Of a stretch of DNA of 64,000 nucleotides, positions 9,292 to 18,553 are shown one piece after another. Below the pieces are notes generated by a model. That model saw only the letters and a program-made list of their open reading frames with translations, ran no database searches and had not been told where the DNA came from. This DNA comes from Candidatus Babeliales bacterium (GTDB lineage Bacteria; Vulcanimicrobiota; Vulcanimicrobiia; Vulcanimicrobiales; Vulcanimicrobiaceae). Location of the stretch: positions 10,924 through 74,923 of the forward strand of contig DASRXM010000016.1 of assembly GCA_035654155.1 (NCBI GenBank), given 5' to 3'. Numbering within the stretch: position 1 is the first letter of the stretch; every line of letters begins with the position of its first letter. Made by a program: the position numbers and the translations under genes.

Positions 9292-10670
9292 CCACGATGA
9301 CGGCGACCCCGCACCTCAAGGACCCGGTACCGCCGGAACAGTTCGAGTACAAGCGACTCAAGCAGGGCGAGTTCTGGCGTCACATTCCGGCCTACGCCGA
9401 CGTCGACGAAACCACGTTTCTCGATCACCTCTGGCAGCAGCGCCAATCGGTCAAGACTGCCGAGGAACTGCTGCAAACGATTCGCGACGTGTGTTCGCCC
9501 GAGTTCTATCGCGATGCCGAAGCCGGTTTTAGGCGGGCAACGATGGCCGTGAGGGTTTCTCCGTACGCAATATCGCTGATCGATTGGAACGACCCGGTTG
9601 CCGATCCCATTCGCCGGCAGTTCATCCCGCTGGCCTCGACGTTGCTGCCGGATCACCCGCGCTTGACGCTCGATTCGCTGCACGAACAGCAAGATTCGCC
9701 CGTTCCGGGCTTAGTGCACCGCTACGTCGATAAGGCGCTGTTCCTGCCCCTCAACGTCTGCCCGGTCTACTGCCGGTTCTGCACACGCAGCTACGCGATC
9801 GGCCCGGATACCGAGAACGTGGATAAGGTCGCGCTCGCCAAGACGCCCAAGCAATGGCAGGACGCGTTTGCGTACATCGCCGAGCGCCCCGAGCTCGAGG
9901 ACATCGTGATCTCGGGCGGCGACGTTTACCAGCTTCCGCCCAAGAACATCGAATTCGTCGGCAACGCGCTGCTCGATATTCCGCACGTGCGCCGGATGCG
10001 CTTCGCGACCAAAGGGCCGGCGATCATGCCGATGAAGCTGCTCACCCACACCGAATGGCTCGACGCGCTGACCTCGATCGTCGAGCGTGGACGCACGCTC
10101 GGCAAGGAGGTCGTGCTGCACACGCACTTCAACGCACCCGAGGAAATCACGTGGATCACCGAAAAGGCGATGCGCGCCCTCTTCGAGCGCGGAATATTCA
10201 CCCGCAATCAATCCGTGCTGATTCGCGGGGTCAACGATACGCGCGAGCGGATGCAGCTACTGGTCAAGCGGCTCGGGCACCTCAACGTTCATCCCTACTA
10301 TGTCTACATGCACGACATGGTCAAGGGCGTAGAGGAGCTGCGGACGACGATCGCAACCGCAACCGACACCGAGAAGTACGTGCGCGGCAGCACGGCCGGG
10401 TTCAACACTCCCACCTTCGTCTGCGACGCTCCCGGGGGCGGCGGCAAACGCGACGTGCACTCGTACGAGTATTACGATCGCGAGAACGGCATCGCCGTGT
10501 ATGCGGCCCCGAGCGTGAAGCCGGGAAAGGCGTTCGTCTACTTCGATCCGATCGATCAGCTTTCGACCGCAGCCCAAGCTCGCTGGCATTCACCCGCGCT
10601 TGCAGACGATATGATTCGCGATGCGGTCCATAGCGCCGGCGTCGGTGAGAAGCAACTCGTCTTGGCATAA
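9288..10670 (+). CDS. kamA: Lysine 2,3-aminomutase (KamA-family radical SAM/PLP enzyme)
   Basis: Trimmed to ATG 9288, with GAGGA upstream. Radical-SAM cluster motif CPVYCRFCTR plus typical KamA blocks (RVSPYAISLIDW, ISGGD, RFATKGP, VHPYYVY, GFNTPTFV.D.PGGGGK). Confidence 0.88.
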   Translation: MTTMTATPHLKDPVPPEQFEYKRLKQGEFWRHIPAYADVDETTFLDHLWQQRQSVKTAEELLQTIRDVCSPEFYRDAEAGFRRATMAVRVSPYAISLIDWNDPVADPIRRQFIPLASTLLPDHPRLTLDSLHEQQDSPVPGLVHRYVDKALFLPLNVCPVYCRFCTRSYAIGPDTENVDKVALAKTPKQWQDAFAYIAERPELEDIVISGGDVYQLPPKNIEFVGNALLDIPHVRRMRFATKGPAIMPMKLLTHTEWLDALTSIVERGRTLGKEVVLHTHFNAPEEITWITEKAMRALFERGIFTRNQSVLIRGVNDTRERMQLLVKRLGHLNVHPYYVYMHDMVKGVEELRTTIATATDTEKYVRGSTAGFNTPTFVCDAPGGGGKRDVHSYEYYDRENGIAVYAAPSVKPGKAFVYFDPIDQLSTAAQARWHSPALADDMIRDAVHSAGVGEKQLVLA

Positions 10671-10691
10671 CGACCGAGAGAGCGAAGAAGC

Positions 10692-11264
10692 TTGGACGAA
10701 CGGCGGTTTCGGCTCGACTTCGTCATCGCGTTCTTCGCGCTGGTGATCAGCACGGTCGCGGCGTTGGCATCCGTTTACCAGACCCGCGTCATCAGCCAGC
10801 AGCTCAGCGCCACGGTCTGGCCCTACCTCAATTTCGACAACACGTTTGGGCCACAATCGGTTACCCTGTCTCTCACGAACTATGGGCTTGGGCCGGCACT
10901 CGTTCGTTCGGCCGACATGACGCTGAACGGCAAGCACGTGGGATCCTGGGACGATGTCATCGGTGCGTACTTGCAGTTAGCTCGCCGGATGCACGTGAAG
11001 GGAAGAACCCAGATCTCGGATGCCAACCTCGATGCGTCGGTTGTCCTTAGCGCGGGAGTGTCGCGCCGACTACTCGACGTTCGCACGTCCGCCACGACGA
11101 TACGCGCGGTGAGAGCGATTGCGAGAGAGATTTCGCTGCGCGTCTGCTATTGCTCCCTGCTCGGTCAGTGCTGGGAAATCGTATCGCGGCAAAAGGGAGC
11201 GCCGGCGCCGCGCTCGTCGTGCCCGATCGGGGCTGAAATCGCAGCTGAAACTCCCGCGCCCTAG
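10692..11264 (+). CDS. Hypothetical protein with a single N-terminal TM helix
   Basis: 190-aa ORF with a TTG start, 22 nt after kamA. One N-terminal hydrophobic helix (FVIAFFALVISTVAALASV). I recognise no family. Confidence 0.45.
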   Translation: MDERRFRLDFVIAFFALVISTVAALASVYQTRVISQQLSATVWPYLNFDNTFGPQSVTLSLTNYGLGPALVRSADMTLNGKHVGSWDDVIGAYLQLARRMHVKGRTQISDANLDASVVLSAGVSRRLLDVRTSATTIRAVRAIAREISLRVCYCSLLGQCWEIVSRQKGAPAPRSSCPIGAEIAAETPAP

Positions 11265-12553
11265 GGTTCGCGCCGGAGCGCGCGCATCATGACCGGACCG
11301 GCCGGCCGCAGCGTAACGAGCGGCGCGATCTCAACTCGGGCGCCCGGTTCGATCGTAAAGCGAAAGCGCGACACGAGAACCTCCAAGACCATCGTCGCCT
11401 CGTGCAACGCAAACTCATCGCCGATGCAGCGCCGCGCACCGCCGCCGAACGGAACGTACGCAAAGGGCGGCGGCTCGGGGCCAAGCCACCGATCCGGCTC
11501 GAACCGCTGCGGATTCACGAAAAGATCGCTGCGCCGATGCAATAGCAATGGACAGGCAAATACCGTCGTCTTCGCCGGGATGAAACTTCCGTCGGCCAGG
11601 GTTACGTCGCGCAGCGTCTCACGTCCGATGATCCATGCCGGCGGGTAAAGCCTCAGCACTTCCTTGACGACGCGGCCGGCGTACTCCCGATCGCCGGCAC
11701 GCGCAGCCGCCGCGGCGCGCTCTTCGACGTCCGGGTGCTGCGCCAAGAGATAGAGCGCCCAGGTCAGCGCGTTGGCCGTGGTTTCGTGGCCGGCCATGAA
11801 GAGCGTCATGATCTCGTCTCGAATTTGCCGGTCGGACACGGCTGCGGTTTCGGCGTCCTGCGATTTGAGCAGCAACGAGAGCGCGTCGCCGCGATCGGCG
11901 CCGTCGCGGCGACGGCGTTCGATGAGCCCGTAGATAATTTCGTCGAGCTCGCGGTGGGCCCGCCAAAAGCGCCGCGTGTTGCGCAGCGGCAGCCGCTGCC
12001 GCAGAGCGCCCAGAGGCGTGAGCATTGCCGGAAACTCGTTCATCATGAGGCGCAACGCGCCGGCGACGGTTTGCGCCGAAGCGCTCTCGTCGCTGCCGAA
12101 AAGCGTTTCGCTTGCAATGCGAAGCGTCAGCTCGGTCATGGCGGCATGCGCGTCGAACGCGCCGGGCGCCGGGCGCTCGGCAAACTCGAGCGCATCCCGC
12201 TCCATGATGCGCCCGTATTCAGCGATGCGCTCGCGATGAAACGCAGGTTGTACGATACGGCGCATCCGGCGATGTAACGGATCCTCGCTCGTCAGCAGAC
12301 CCTCGCCCAGCAACAGGCGCAGCACGCGCGTTCCCAAGGATTTCGAAAACGCGTGCTGCTGCGTGACCAATACGTCCTTGACGAGTGACGGCTCGTTGAC
12401 GAAAACGTACGAACGCCACGGCAGGGCAAAGGCTACGACGTTGCCGTAGCGCGCGCAAGCTTCGCTCAAGAAGCCGGGAAAGCGACGGAGCGGCTGAGGA
12501 AGAAGCCCGCGCAGCGTCGTCCAACGATTGGGGCCTGGTATGCTACCGCGCAT
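11261..12553 (-). CDS. Cytochrome P450
   Basis: 430 aa. I-helix AGHETT, K-helix EVLRLYPP (ExxR) and the heme-Cys loop FGGGARRCIGDEFA. Confidence 0.92.
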   Translation of the reverse strand: MRGSIPGPNRWTTLRGLLPQPLRRFPGFLSEACARYGNVVAFALPWRSYVFVNEPSLVKDVLVTQQHAFSKSLGTRVLRLLLGEGLLTSEDPLHRRMRRIVQPAFHRERIAEYGRIMERDALEFAERPAPGAFDAHAAMTELTLRIASETLFGSDESASAQTVAGALRLMMNEFPAMLTPLGALRQRLPLRNTRRFWRAHRELDEIIYGLIERRRRDGADRGDALSLLLKSQDAETAAVSDRQIRDEIMTLFMAGHETTANALTWALYLLAQHPDVEERAAAAARAGDREYAGRVVKEVLRLYPPAWIIGRETLRDVTLADGSFIPAKTTVFACPLLLHRRSDLFVNPQRFEPDRWLGPEPPPFAYVPFGGGARRCIGDEFALHEATMVLEVLVSRFRFTIEPGARVEIAPLVTLRPAGPVMMRALRREP

Positions 12554-13961
12554 CTACTGCCCGGTAGGCCGCAACGTTCCCGAAGCGGCACACGATCGTA
12601 TACTCGCCTCGCGCCAATTCCGCCGCCACCTTAGGCTGCACCAGCGCTCGATACGTCGCGTTGGGATAATCGGTGGCGTAAACGAGGTATTCGACCCCGC
12701 GTACCCGGTCGATGGTCGCGTTGGGCCGTTGCGCCGCAACCTTTGAAAACCACTCGTCGTGCGTCGCCATCGAGGCGTTTTTTGGAACGCAGCCGATTGC
12801 GCGGCGCGCATCGTTCAGGTCGCCGTAGTACGAATGAAGGTAGTGCAGCGGATGCAAAGGGTCGAACGCGATCAGAAAGACGCCGCAAAGGATCGTCGCT
12901 GCAACGGTCCATCGCGCGGCGGCGCGTTCGCTCTTGCGCCGCTGCATCGAGGCCACGGCCGCGACGGTCGCGACGAGCAGCCACGGAATCCAAAGCGCGG
13001 CGTAGTGATCGCCCATCCGCCAAACGTAGCCCGAGTTGGCAAGCAAGACGATCCCCCCGCCCGGCAGCGACAACAGCGCCCACGGCGAGCACAGCGGCAG
13101 CAATGCCAGCGGCACGACCGCCTCGAGCACGTACGTCAGGCGGCCGAAAGTAAAGATCGCGTGCGCGAACTCGGACGGATGCAGGAAGGCGGCGCCGACC
13201 AGCGCGAGCGGACCGTTCGCAAACGGATAGACGTAGAAATGGCTTGGGACCCACCCACCCAGACGCGGCGTGATGGTCCCGTAGTAGAGCGCCAGCGCGC
13301 CGGCTGCGCCGAGCGCCAAGCACGCGCCTGCGGTCGCGAGCGCGCGCGGCGCAAGCGCGCGGCCGTCGAGCAATCCCACTCCGGTTGCGTTTCGTCGCAG
13401 CGCGATCGCGACCAAGACCGCTCCGAAGACGACGAGCGTTAGCGCGGCGTCCTCGCGTACGCCAATCGCGAGAATCGCACAGAGCCCAAACCAGATCCAC
13501 CGCCGCCGGTCGGCGCAGAGTATCAGTGCAAGAACCAGCGGCGTAAACAGACCCAACTCGTGAAACTCGTCGAAGCCCAGCGCAAGCAGCGGTGGATAAA
13601 GGAGCGTGAGCAAGCCGAGCCGCTCGGCAAGCCCTTTGGCCACGTACGGACGCGCGAGCGCCGCGATCAAAGGCGCGCAAAGCACGGTCGCCGCGGCTTG
13701 CGCCAGCTGTAAGCCCAACGCGCTGCGCGTAGGCGCGACGAGCGGCCACAGCAGCGCGAGCGTGGGCGACCAATGGTACCGGAAGTGCGATCCCGCCTCC
13801 ACGCCGTTGCGCATGCCGCCAAACGCATCGGCGACGATTTGCGCAAACGTGCCGGTATCCGAACCGTAGGTCCAAAGCTTTGCGCGCGCGATCGCCAACG
13901 CCGCGAGAACGACGAACCCCAGCGCGCTCCACACCCAGACCCTCACGGGCAGGCGCTCCAT
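12543..13961 (-). CDS. Polytopic membrane protein, DUF2079-like (glycosyltransferase-C-like fold suspected)
   Basis: 472 aa with more than 10 hydrophobic segments. The N-terminal DTG.FAQ motif and the C-terminal soluble domain resemble DUF2079 proteins as I remember them. Overlaps the P450 start by 11 nt. Confidence 0.6.
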   Translation of the reverse strand: MERLPVRVWVWSALGFVVLAALAIARAKLWTYGSDTGTFAQIVADAFGGMRNGVEAGSHFRYHWSPTLALLWPLVAPTRSALGLQLAQAAATVLCAPLIAALARPYVAKGLAERLGLLTLLYPPLLALGFDEFHELGLFTPLVLALILCADRRRWIWFGLCAILAIGVREDAALTLVVFGAVLVAIALRRNATGVGLLDGRALAPRALATAGACLALGAAGALALYYGTITPRLGGWVPSHFYVYPFANGPLALVGAAFLHPSEFAHAIFTFGRLTYVLEAVVPLALLPLCSPWALLSLPGGGIVLLANSGYVWRMGDHYAALWIPWLLVATVAAVASMQRRKSERAAARWTVAATILCGVFLIAFDPLHPLHYLHSYYGDLNDARRAIGCVPKNASMATHDEWFSKVAAQRPNATIDRVRGVEYLVYATDYPNATYRALVQPKVAAELARGEYTIVCRFGNVAAYRAVDAR

Positions 13962-13985
13962 AACCGTGCGGTCAAGCGACTCCTA

Positions 13986-14540
13986 ATGAAGCGCATCTGC
14001 GTGTTTTGCGGTTCTCACGTCGGCAACGATCCCTCGTACGCGCGCGTCGCGCGCGAAACCGCCGAAGCGATCGTCGCGGCCGGTTACGGCGTCGTCTACG
14101 GCGGCGGAGGCGTCGGTTTGATGAAGATCGTCGCCGATGCCGCGCTCGCGTGCGGCGGCGAAGTGATCGGCGTGATTCCCCATGCGCTTGCGCGCACCGA
14201 GATGGCCCACGAAGGCCTCACGCAGCTTCACGTCGTGGACACGATGCACGAACGCAAGGCGATGATGGAGGACTTTAGCGACGCTTTCGTTGCGCTTCCC
14301 GGCGGCTTCGGCACGATGGACGAGTTCTGCGAGGTCCTGAGCTGGCGCCAGCTTCGCATCCACGACAAGCCGATTGGGCTGCTCAACTTTCGCGGCTATT
14401 ACGACGCATTGCTTGCGCTGTTCGATTCGATGGTCCGCGATGGCTTCATTGGTCCGTACACGCGCGGGTTGTTCGTCGATGCAGCCACGATTGACGAGCT
14501 CTTAACGCAGATGTTCTCTACTCAGCGAGCGCCGCCGTAA
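13986..14540 (+). CDS. LOG-family (TIGR00730) cytokinin riboside 5'-monophosphate phosphoribohydrolase-like protein
   Basis: Trimmed to ATG 13986 (MKRICVFCGS...). Motifs GGGGVGLM and PGGFGTMDE. Confidence 0.85.
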   Translation: MKRICVFCGSHVGNDPSYARVARETAEAIVAAGYGVVYGGGGVGLMKIVADAALACGGEVIGVIPHALARTEMAHEGLTQLHVVDTMHERKAMMEDFSDAFVALPGGFGTMDEFCEVLSWRQLRIHDKPIGLLNFRGYYDALLALFDSMVRDGFIGPYTRGLFVDAATIDELLTQMFSTQRAPP

Positions 14541-17500
14541 GGATTCGTTCCTGTTCGACCGCGTGCTGGCCCGAGTACCCCTCGCTGGGACTGGCGCGGT
14601 AACCGCGGCCGATGTACTCGATGTCGAAGCCGTCGCGCTTGCCTTCGAGAAGCCGGCGCCGAACGAAGGCGCGCGCTCCCATGTTCTTGGGCTCCTCTTG
14701 CACCCAAACGATCTTCTTTAGGCGAGGGTAGATGCCGATGAGACGATTGATCTCGGCAACCGGCAGCGGCGCGAGCAGCTCGATGCGGGCGATCGCCGTG
14801 CGCTTGAGCGAACCGTAAGCCGCGTGACTAACGAGATCGTGGTAGATTTTTCCGCTGCAAAGAATCAACCGTTCCACCTTTTCCCGGTCGAGCGGTCGCG
14901 GATCGTCGATGACCGGGACGAAGGCACCGGCGGCCAACTCCTCGAGCGTTCCCATCGCACTTTCGGCCCGCAGCAGCGATTTGGGCGTCATGACGACCAG
15001 CGGGACGGCAATCGGCGAGCGGGCCTGCATCCGAAGCAGCTGATAGTAGTTGCTCGCGACCGAGGGAGAGGCGACGCGCAAGTTTCCTTCCGCAACGAGC
15101 TGTAAGAAGCGTTCGGGCCGCGCGCTCGAATGCTCCGGGCCGCCGCCTTCGTATCCGTGCGGAAGCAGCAGCGTCAGTCGCGACGTCTGCCCCCACTTGG
15201 CTTGACCCGCTGCGATGAATTGATCCACGACGATCTCCGCACCGTTGAAAAAGTCGCCGTATTGCGCCTCCCATAAGACCAGCGCGTCGGGTTGTTGCGT
15301 CGAGTACCCGTATTCGAACCCCATGCAGGCGTACTCGGAGAGCGGGCTGTTGCGAATTTCAAATGAAGACTGCGACTGGGCGAGATGCTGCAGCGGAATC
15401 CATACCGCCCGCCGATCGTTCGCAGTCGCGGAGTCTGCCCCGAGCGGAGTCGAAGGGTGGAAGACGGCATGACGATGGCTGAACGTTCCCCGTTCGGTAT
15501 CCTGGCCCGTAAGACGAATCGGCGTACCGCTAGTCAGCAGCGAGGCGAACGCGAGCGACTCCGCCGTTCCCCAATCAACCATGCCGTTTTTCGCGATGGC
15601 GGCGCTTCGCCGCTCGAGCTGAGCCAGCAGCTTGCGATTGAGCGTGAAGCCCTCGGGCACCGCCGTCAACGCCTCGTTCCAGGAAATCAGCGTGGCGCGC
15701 GTCACCGTCGGCAGCACCGTCCCATCGAACGTGTTGCTGCCGGAAAGCTTGCGGCCCGCGATCGGCGAGGGCGCCGATCCTTTCACCGCACGGCGTGCCG
15801 CCTGGAGGCGCTCGGTCGCCCTTTCCACCATCTCGGAAGCGAGCTCGGCGGTGATCGTGCCTTGATTCACCAGCTTGTTGGCGAATAGGTCCCTCACCGT
15901 CGGATGGCTCTTGATTTGCTCGGCCATTTGCGGCTGCGTGTACGCCGGCTCGTCTTGCTCGTTGTGACCGAAGCGCCGATAGCCGATCAGATCGATCAGC
16001 GCGTCGCGGCCGAAAGCGCGGCGAAAATCGATCGCGAGATGAACGGCTGCGATGCAGGCGTCGACGTCGTCGGCATTGACGTGCACGATCGGGACGTCGA
16101 AACCTTTAGCCAAGTCGGAAGCATAGCGAGTCGACCGCGCGTCCGCGGGATCGGTTGTAAATCCGATTTGGTTGTTTGCAATCAGATGGAGCGTGCCTCC
16201 GGTTTCGTACCCCGGCAGCGACTGTAAATTGAAAACTTCCGAGACGATTCCCTGACCGGTAAACGCGGCGTCGCCGTGGATCAGGATCGGCACGGCGCGC
16301 TTGTGGTCTTGGGTCGGCTCGCCGTGCGAATGATCGGTCTGCAACGCGCGCGCGCTTCCTTCGACGACCGGATCGACGGCTTCTAAGTGGCTGGGATTGT
16401 GCGCCAGCGTGACCTCGATCGTTTTGCCCTTCGACGTCGTGAACGTGCCGGTGGCGCCGTGATGGTATTTGACGTCCCCCATCACGTCGTCGTCACCAAG
16501 GTTTCCGCGATACTGGGCCGCCTCGAATTCGCTCATCAGTTCTTCGTACGGAAGATTGACGACGTGCGCGATCACGTTGAGACGGCCGCGATGGGCCATC
16601 CCGAAGACCGCGGCGGAAACGCCATCGTCGGCAAGCATGTCGAGCATCTCCTCGAGCATCGGCACCATCACGTCGAGCCCTTCGCCCGAGAACGTCTTCT
16701 GGCCGAGAAACGTCTTGCGCACGTACCGGTCGAAAGCTTCGACCTGCGTAAGGCGCTCGAGAAAGTCGATTTGGCGCTGCGGCGACAGCTTGATCCGATT
16801 GCGCCCCGACTCGATGTAATCGCGCAGCCAGCTGCGTTGGCTGGCGTTGGAGATGTGCTCGATCTCGTAGGCAATCGTCGAGCTATACGTCTCGCGCAAG
16901 CGCGGGAGCACGTCGGCCAGCGAGTTTCCGGGAACCTTTACGCCCAACACGCCGGCGGGGATCGCGCTTTGCAGCGCCGGCGTCAGCCCGTAGGTTTGAG
17001 GGTCGAGCGAAGGATCGCCGACCGGCTCGCTGCCGAGGGGATCGAGCTGTGCGCCCAAGTGCCCGTGACGGCGATAGGCCGACACGATTGCCATTCCCGC
17101 GGCCACCGCTCGCAGCATCTCGTCGGATGGCGCGGCGGCAGGCGCGGCCGCCGGAATCAAGCCGATCTGCGGCAGCGGCGCCGCCTGCAAGCCGAGCGAT
17201 GCGAAGACCGCTTCGTAAAACTCGTCCTTGCCTTGCAAGAGCTCGTCGACGCGGCGTAGATACTCGCCCGACTGGGCGCCCTGAATCACGCGATGGTCGT
17301 ACGTGCTCGTCACCTGCATCATCTTCGCGACGCCGAGAAGCCGCAGCGATTGTTCGCTGGCCGTCGCAAAGCCCGGCGGGTATCCGATGGCGCCGGTTGC
17401 GATGATTGCGCCTTGACCCGCCATGAGGCGCGGCACCGAAGCCACCGTGCCGATCCCGCCCGGATTGGTCAACGTGAACGAAGCGCCTTGCAGGTCGTCG

Positions 17501-18465
17501 GCAACGAGCTTGTTCTCGCGCGCTTTCACGACCAGCTCCTCGTACTTGATGCGAAACTGCGCGAAGTCGAGCTCCCCTGCATTGCGGATCACCGGCACGA
17601 CCAGCGAGCGCGTGCCGTCCTTGCGTTCGGTGTCGACCGCCAGACCGAGATGGATGCCGGGCTCGAGCCGCGCCGGTGCGCCCGCCGCATCGCGCCGGAA
17701 CGACTGCGTGATGACCGGCATTTCGCGCGCAGCGCGTACGAGCGCGTATGCGATGAGATGCGTGAACGAAATTCGATCCGTGCGGCCGGACGCGCGAACC
17801 GCGCCGTTGAGTTCGCGCCGTCGCGCGTCGAGCACGTCCACGGGTATGCTGCGAAAGCTCGTCGCGGTCGGAATGGAAAGGCTCTGCTCCATGTAGCCGG
17901 CAAGCGCGGCGGCCGGCCCCTTCAACGGCACGAGCGTTGCACCGTCGGGGATCGGGGGTGCCGGCGGCACGGAGGCGGTCGGACGTTGCGCGCTTTGTGC
18001 CTGTGCGAGCACGTCGGAGCGGAGAATTAATCCGTTCGGGCCTGAGCCGTGCACGAGCCCGAGGTCAACGCCCAAACGCTGCGCGATTCGGCGCGCGGGT
18101 GCGTCGGCGAGCCCGTTGCCGTCGGGTTGCGGAACGGCCCGGACCGGCGGCTTCGGCTCCGTCTGCTTGTCGCGCGGCGATGGGGTGACGGCTTGCGCGC
18201 TCTGCTTCGACGTGTCGATTTCGGCGAGCGGCGCGCCTACGGCGACGCTCTCTCCCTCGCGCGCGAGAATGCGCGCGATTACTCCCGCGACGGTAGCGGG
18301 AACCTCGACGTCGACCTTATCGGTCGTCACTTCCACGAGCGGATCGCCCTCGGCAACGAAATCGCCGACGCCTTTGCGCCACTCGACGATCGAGCCTCCG
18401 GTCACCGATTCTCCCATTTCCGGGAGCGTCACGCTGACGAGCGTCTGTTCCAAAGCAGAACTCAT
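14518..18465 (-). CDS. Multifunctional 2-oxoglutarate dehydrogenase: complete E2 (lipoyl + PSBD + succinyltransferase core) fused to E1o (SucA/Kgd-like)
   Basis: 1315 aa. N-terminal lipoyl domain with the TDKV lysine. E3/E1-binding domain (PARRIAQRLGVDLGLVHGSGPNGLI). Acyltransferase core (TLTNPGGIG..., STYDHRVIQGA). The remaining ~880 aa are ThDP-dependent E1o (HRGRLNV, GDAAF.GQG, TGGT.H...NNQIGFTT, RRFGHNE.DEP). Confidence 0.9.
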   Translation of the reverse strand: MSSALEQTLVSVTLPEMGESVTGGSIVEWRKGVGDFVAEGDPLVEVTTDKVDVEVPATVAGVIARILAREGESVAVGAPLAEIDTSKQSAQAVTPSPRDKQTEPKPPVRAVPQPDGNGLADAPARRIAQRLGVDLGLVHGSGPNGLILRSDVLAQAQSAQRPTASVPPAPPIPDGATLVPLKGPAAALAGYMEQSLSIPTATSFRSIPVDVLDARRRELNGAVRASGRTDRISFTHLIAYALVRAAREMPVITQSFRRDAAGAPARLEPGIHLGLAVDTERKDGTRSLVVPVIRNAGELDFAQFRIKYEELVVKARENKLVADDLQGASFTLTNPGGIGTVASVPRLMAGQGAIIATGAIGYPPGFATASEQSLRLLGVAKMMQVTSTYDHRVIQGAQSGEYLRRVDELLQGKDEFYEAVFASLGLQAAPLPQIGLIPAAAPAAAPSDEMLRAVAAGMAIVSAYRRHGHLGAQLDPLGSEPVGDPSLDPQTYGLTPALQSAIPAGVLGVKVPGNSLADVLPRLRETYSSTIAYEIEHISNASQRSWLRDYIESGRNRIKLSPQRQIDFLERLTQVEAFDRYVRKTFLGQKTFSGEGLDVMVPMLEEMLDMLADDGVSAAVFGMAHRGRLNVIAHVVNLPYEELMSEFEAAQYRGNLGDDDVMGDVKYHHGATGTFTTSKGKTIEVTLAHNPSHLEAVDPVVEGSARALQTDHSHGEPTQDHKRAVPILIHGDAAFTGQGIVSEVFNLQSLPGYETGGTLHLIANNQIGFTTDPADARSTRYASDLAKGFDVPIVHVNADDVDACIAAVHLAIDFRRAFGRDALIDLIGYRRFGHNEQDEPAYTQPQMAEQIKSHPTVRDLFANKLVNQGTITAELASEMVERATERLQAARRAVKGSAPSPIAGRKLSGSNTFDGTVLPTVTRATLISWNEALTAVPEGFTLNRKLLAQLERRSAAIAKNGMVDWGTAESLAFASLLTSGTPIRLTGQDTERGTFSHRHAVFHPSTPLGADSATANDRRAVWIPLQHLAQSQSSFEIRNSPLSEYACMGFEYGYSTQQPDALVLWEAQYGDFFNGAEIVVDQFIAAGQAKWGQTSRLTLLLPHGYEGGGPEHSSARPERFLQLVAEGNLRVASPSVASNYYQLLRMQARSPIAVPLVVMTPKSLLRAESAMGTLEELAAGAFVPVIDDPRPLDREKVERLILCSGKIYHDLVSHAAYGSLKRTAIARIELLAPLPVAEINRLIGIYPRLKKIVWVQEEPKNMGARAFVRRRLLEGKRDGFDIEYIGRGYRASPSEGYSGQHAVEQERILTAALAE

Positions 18466-18553
18466 CTTATATTCTCGTGGGCTCGGAGCCTATGACGCCA
18501 CACCAAACATCAGTTCGAGGATTCGGCCGGACGGGAGCCAAACGTGAGTTACG

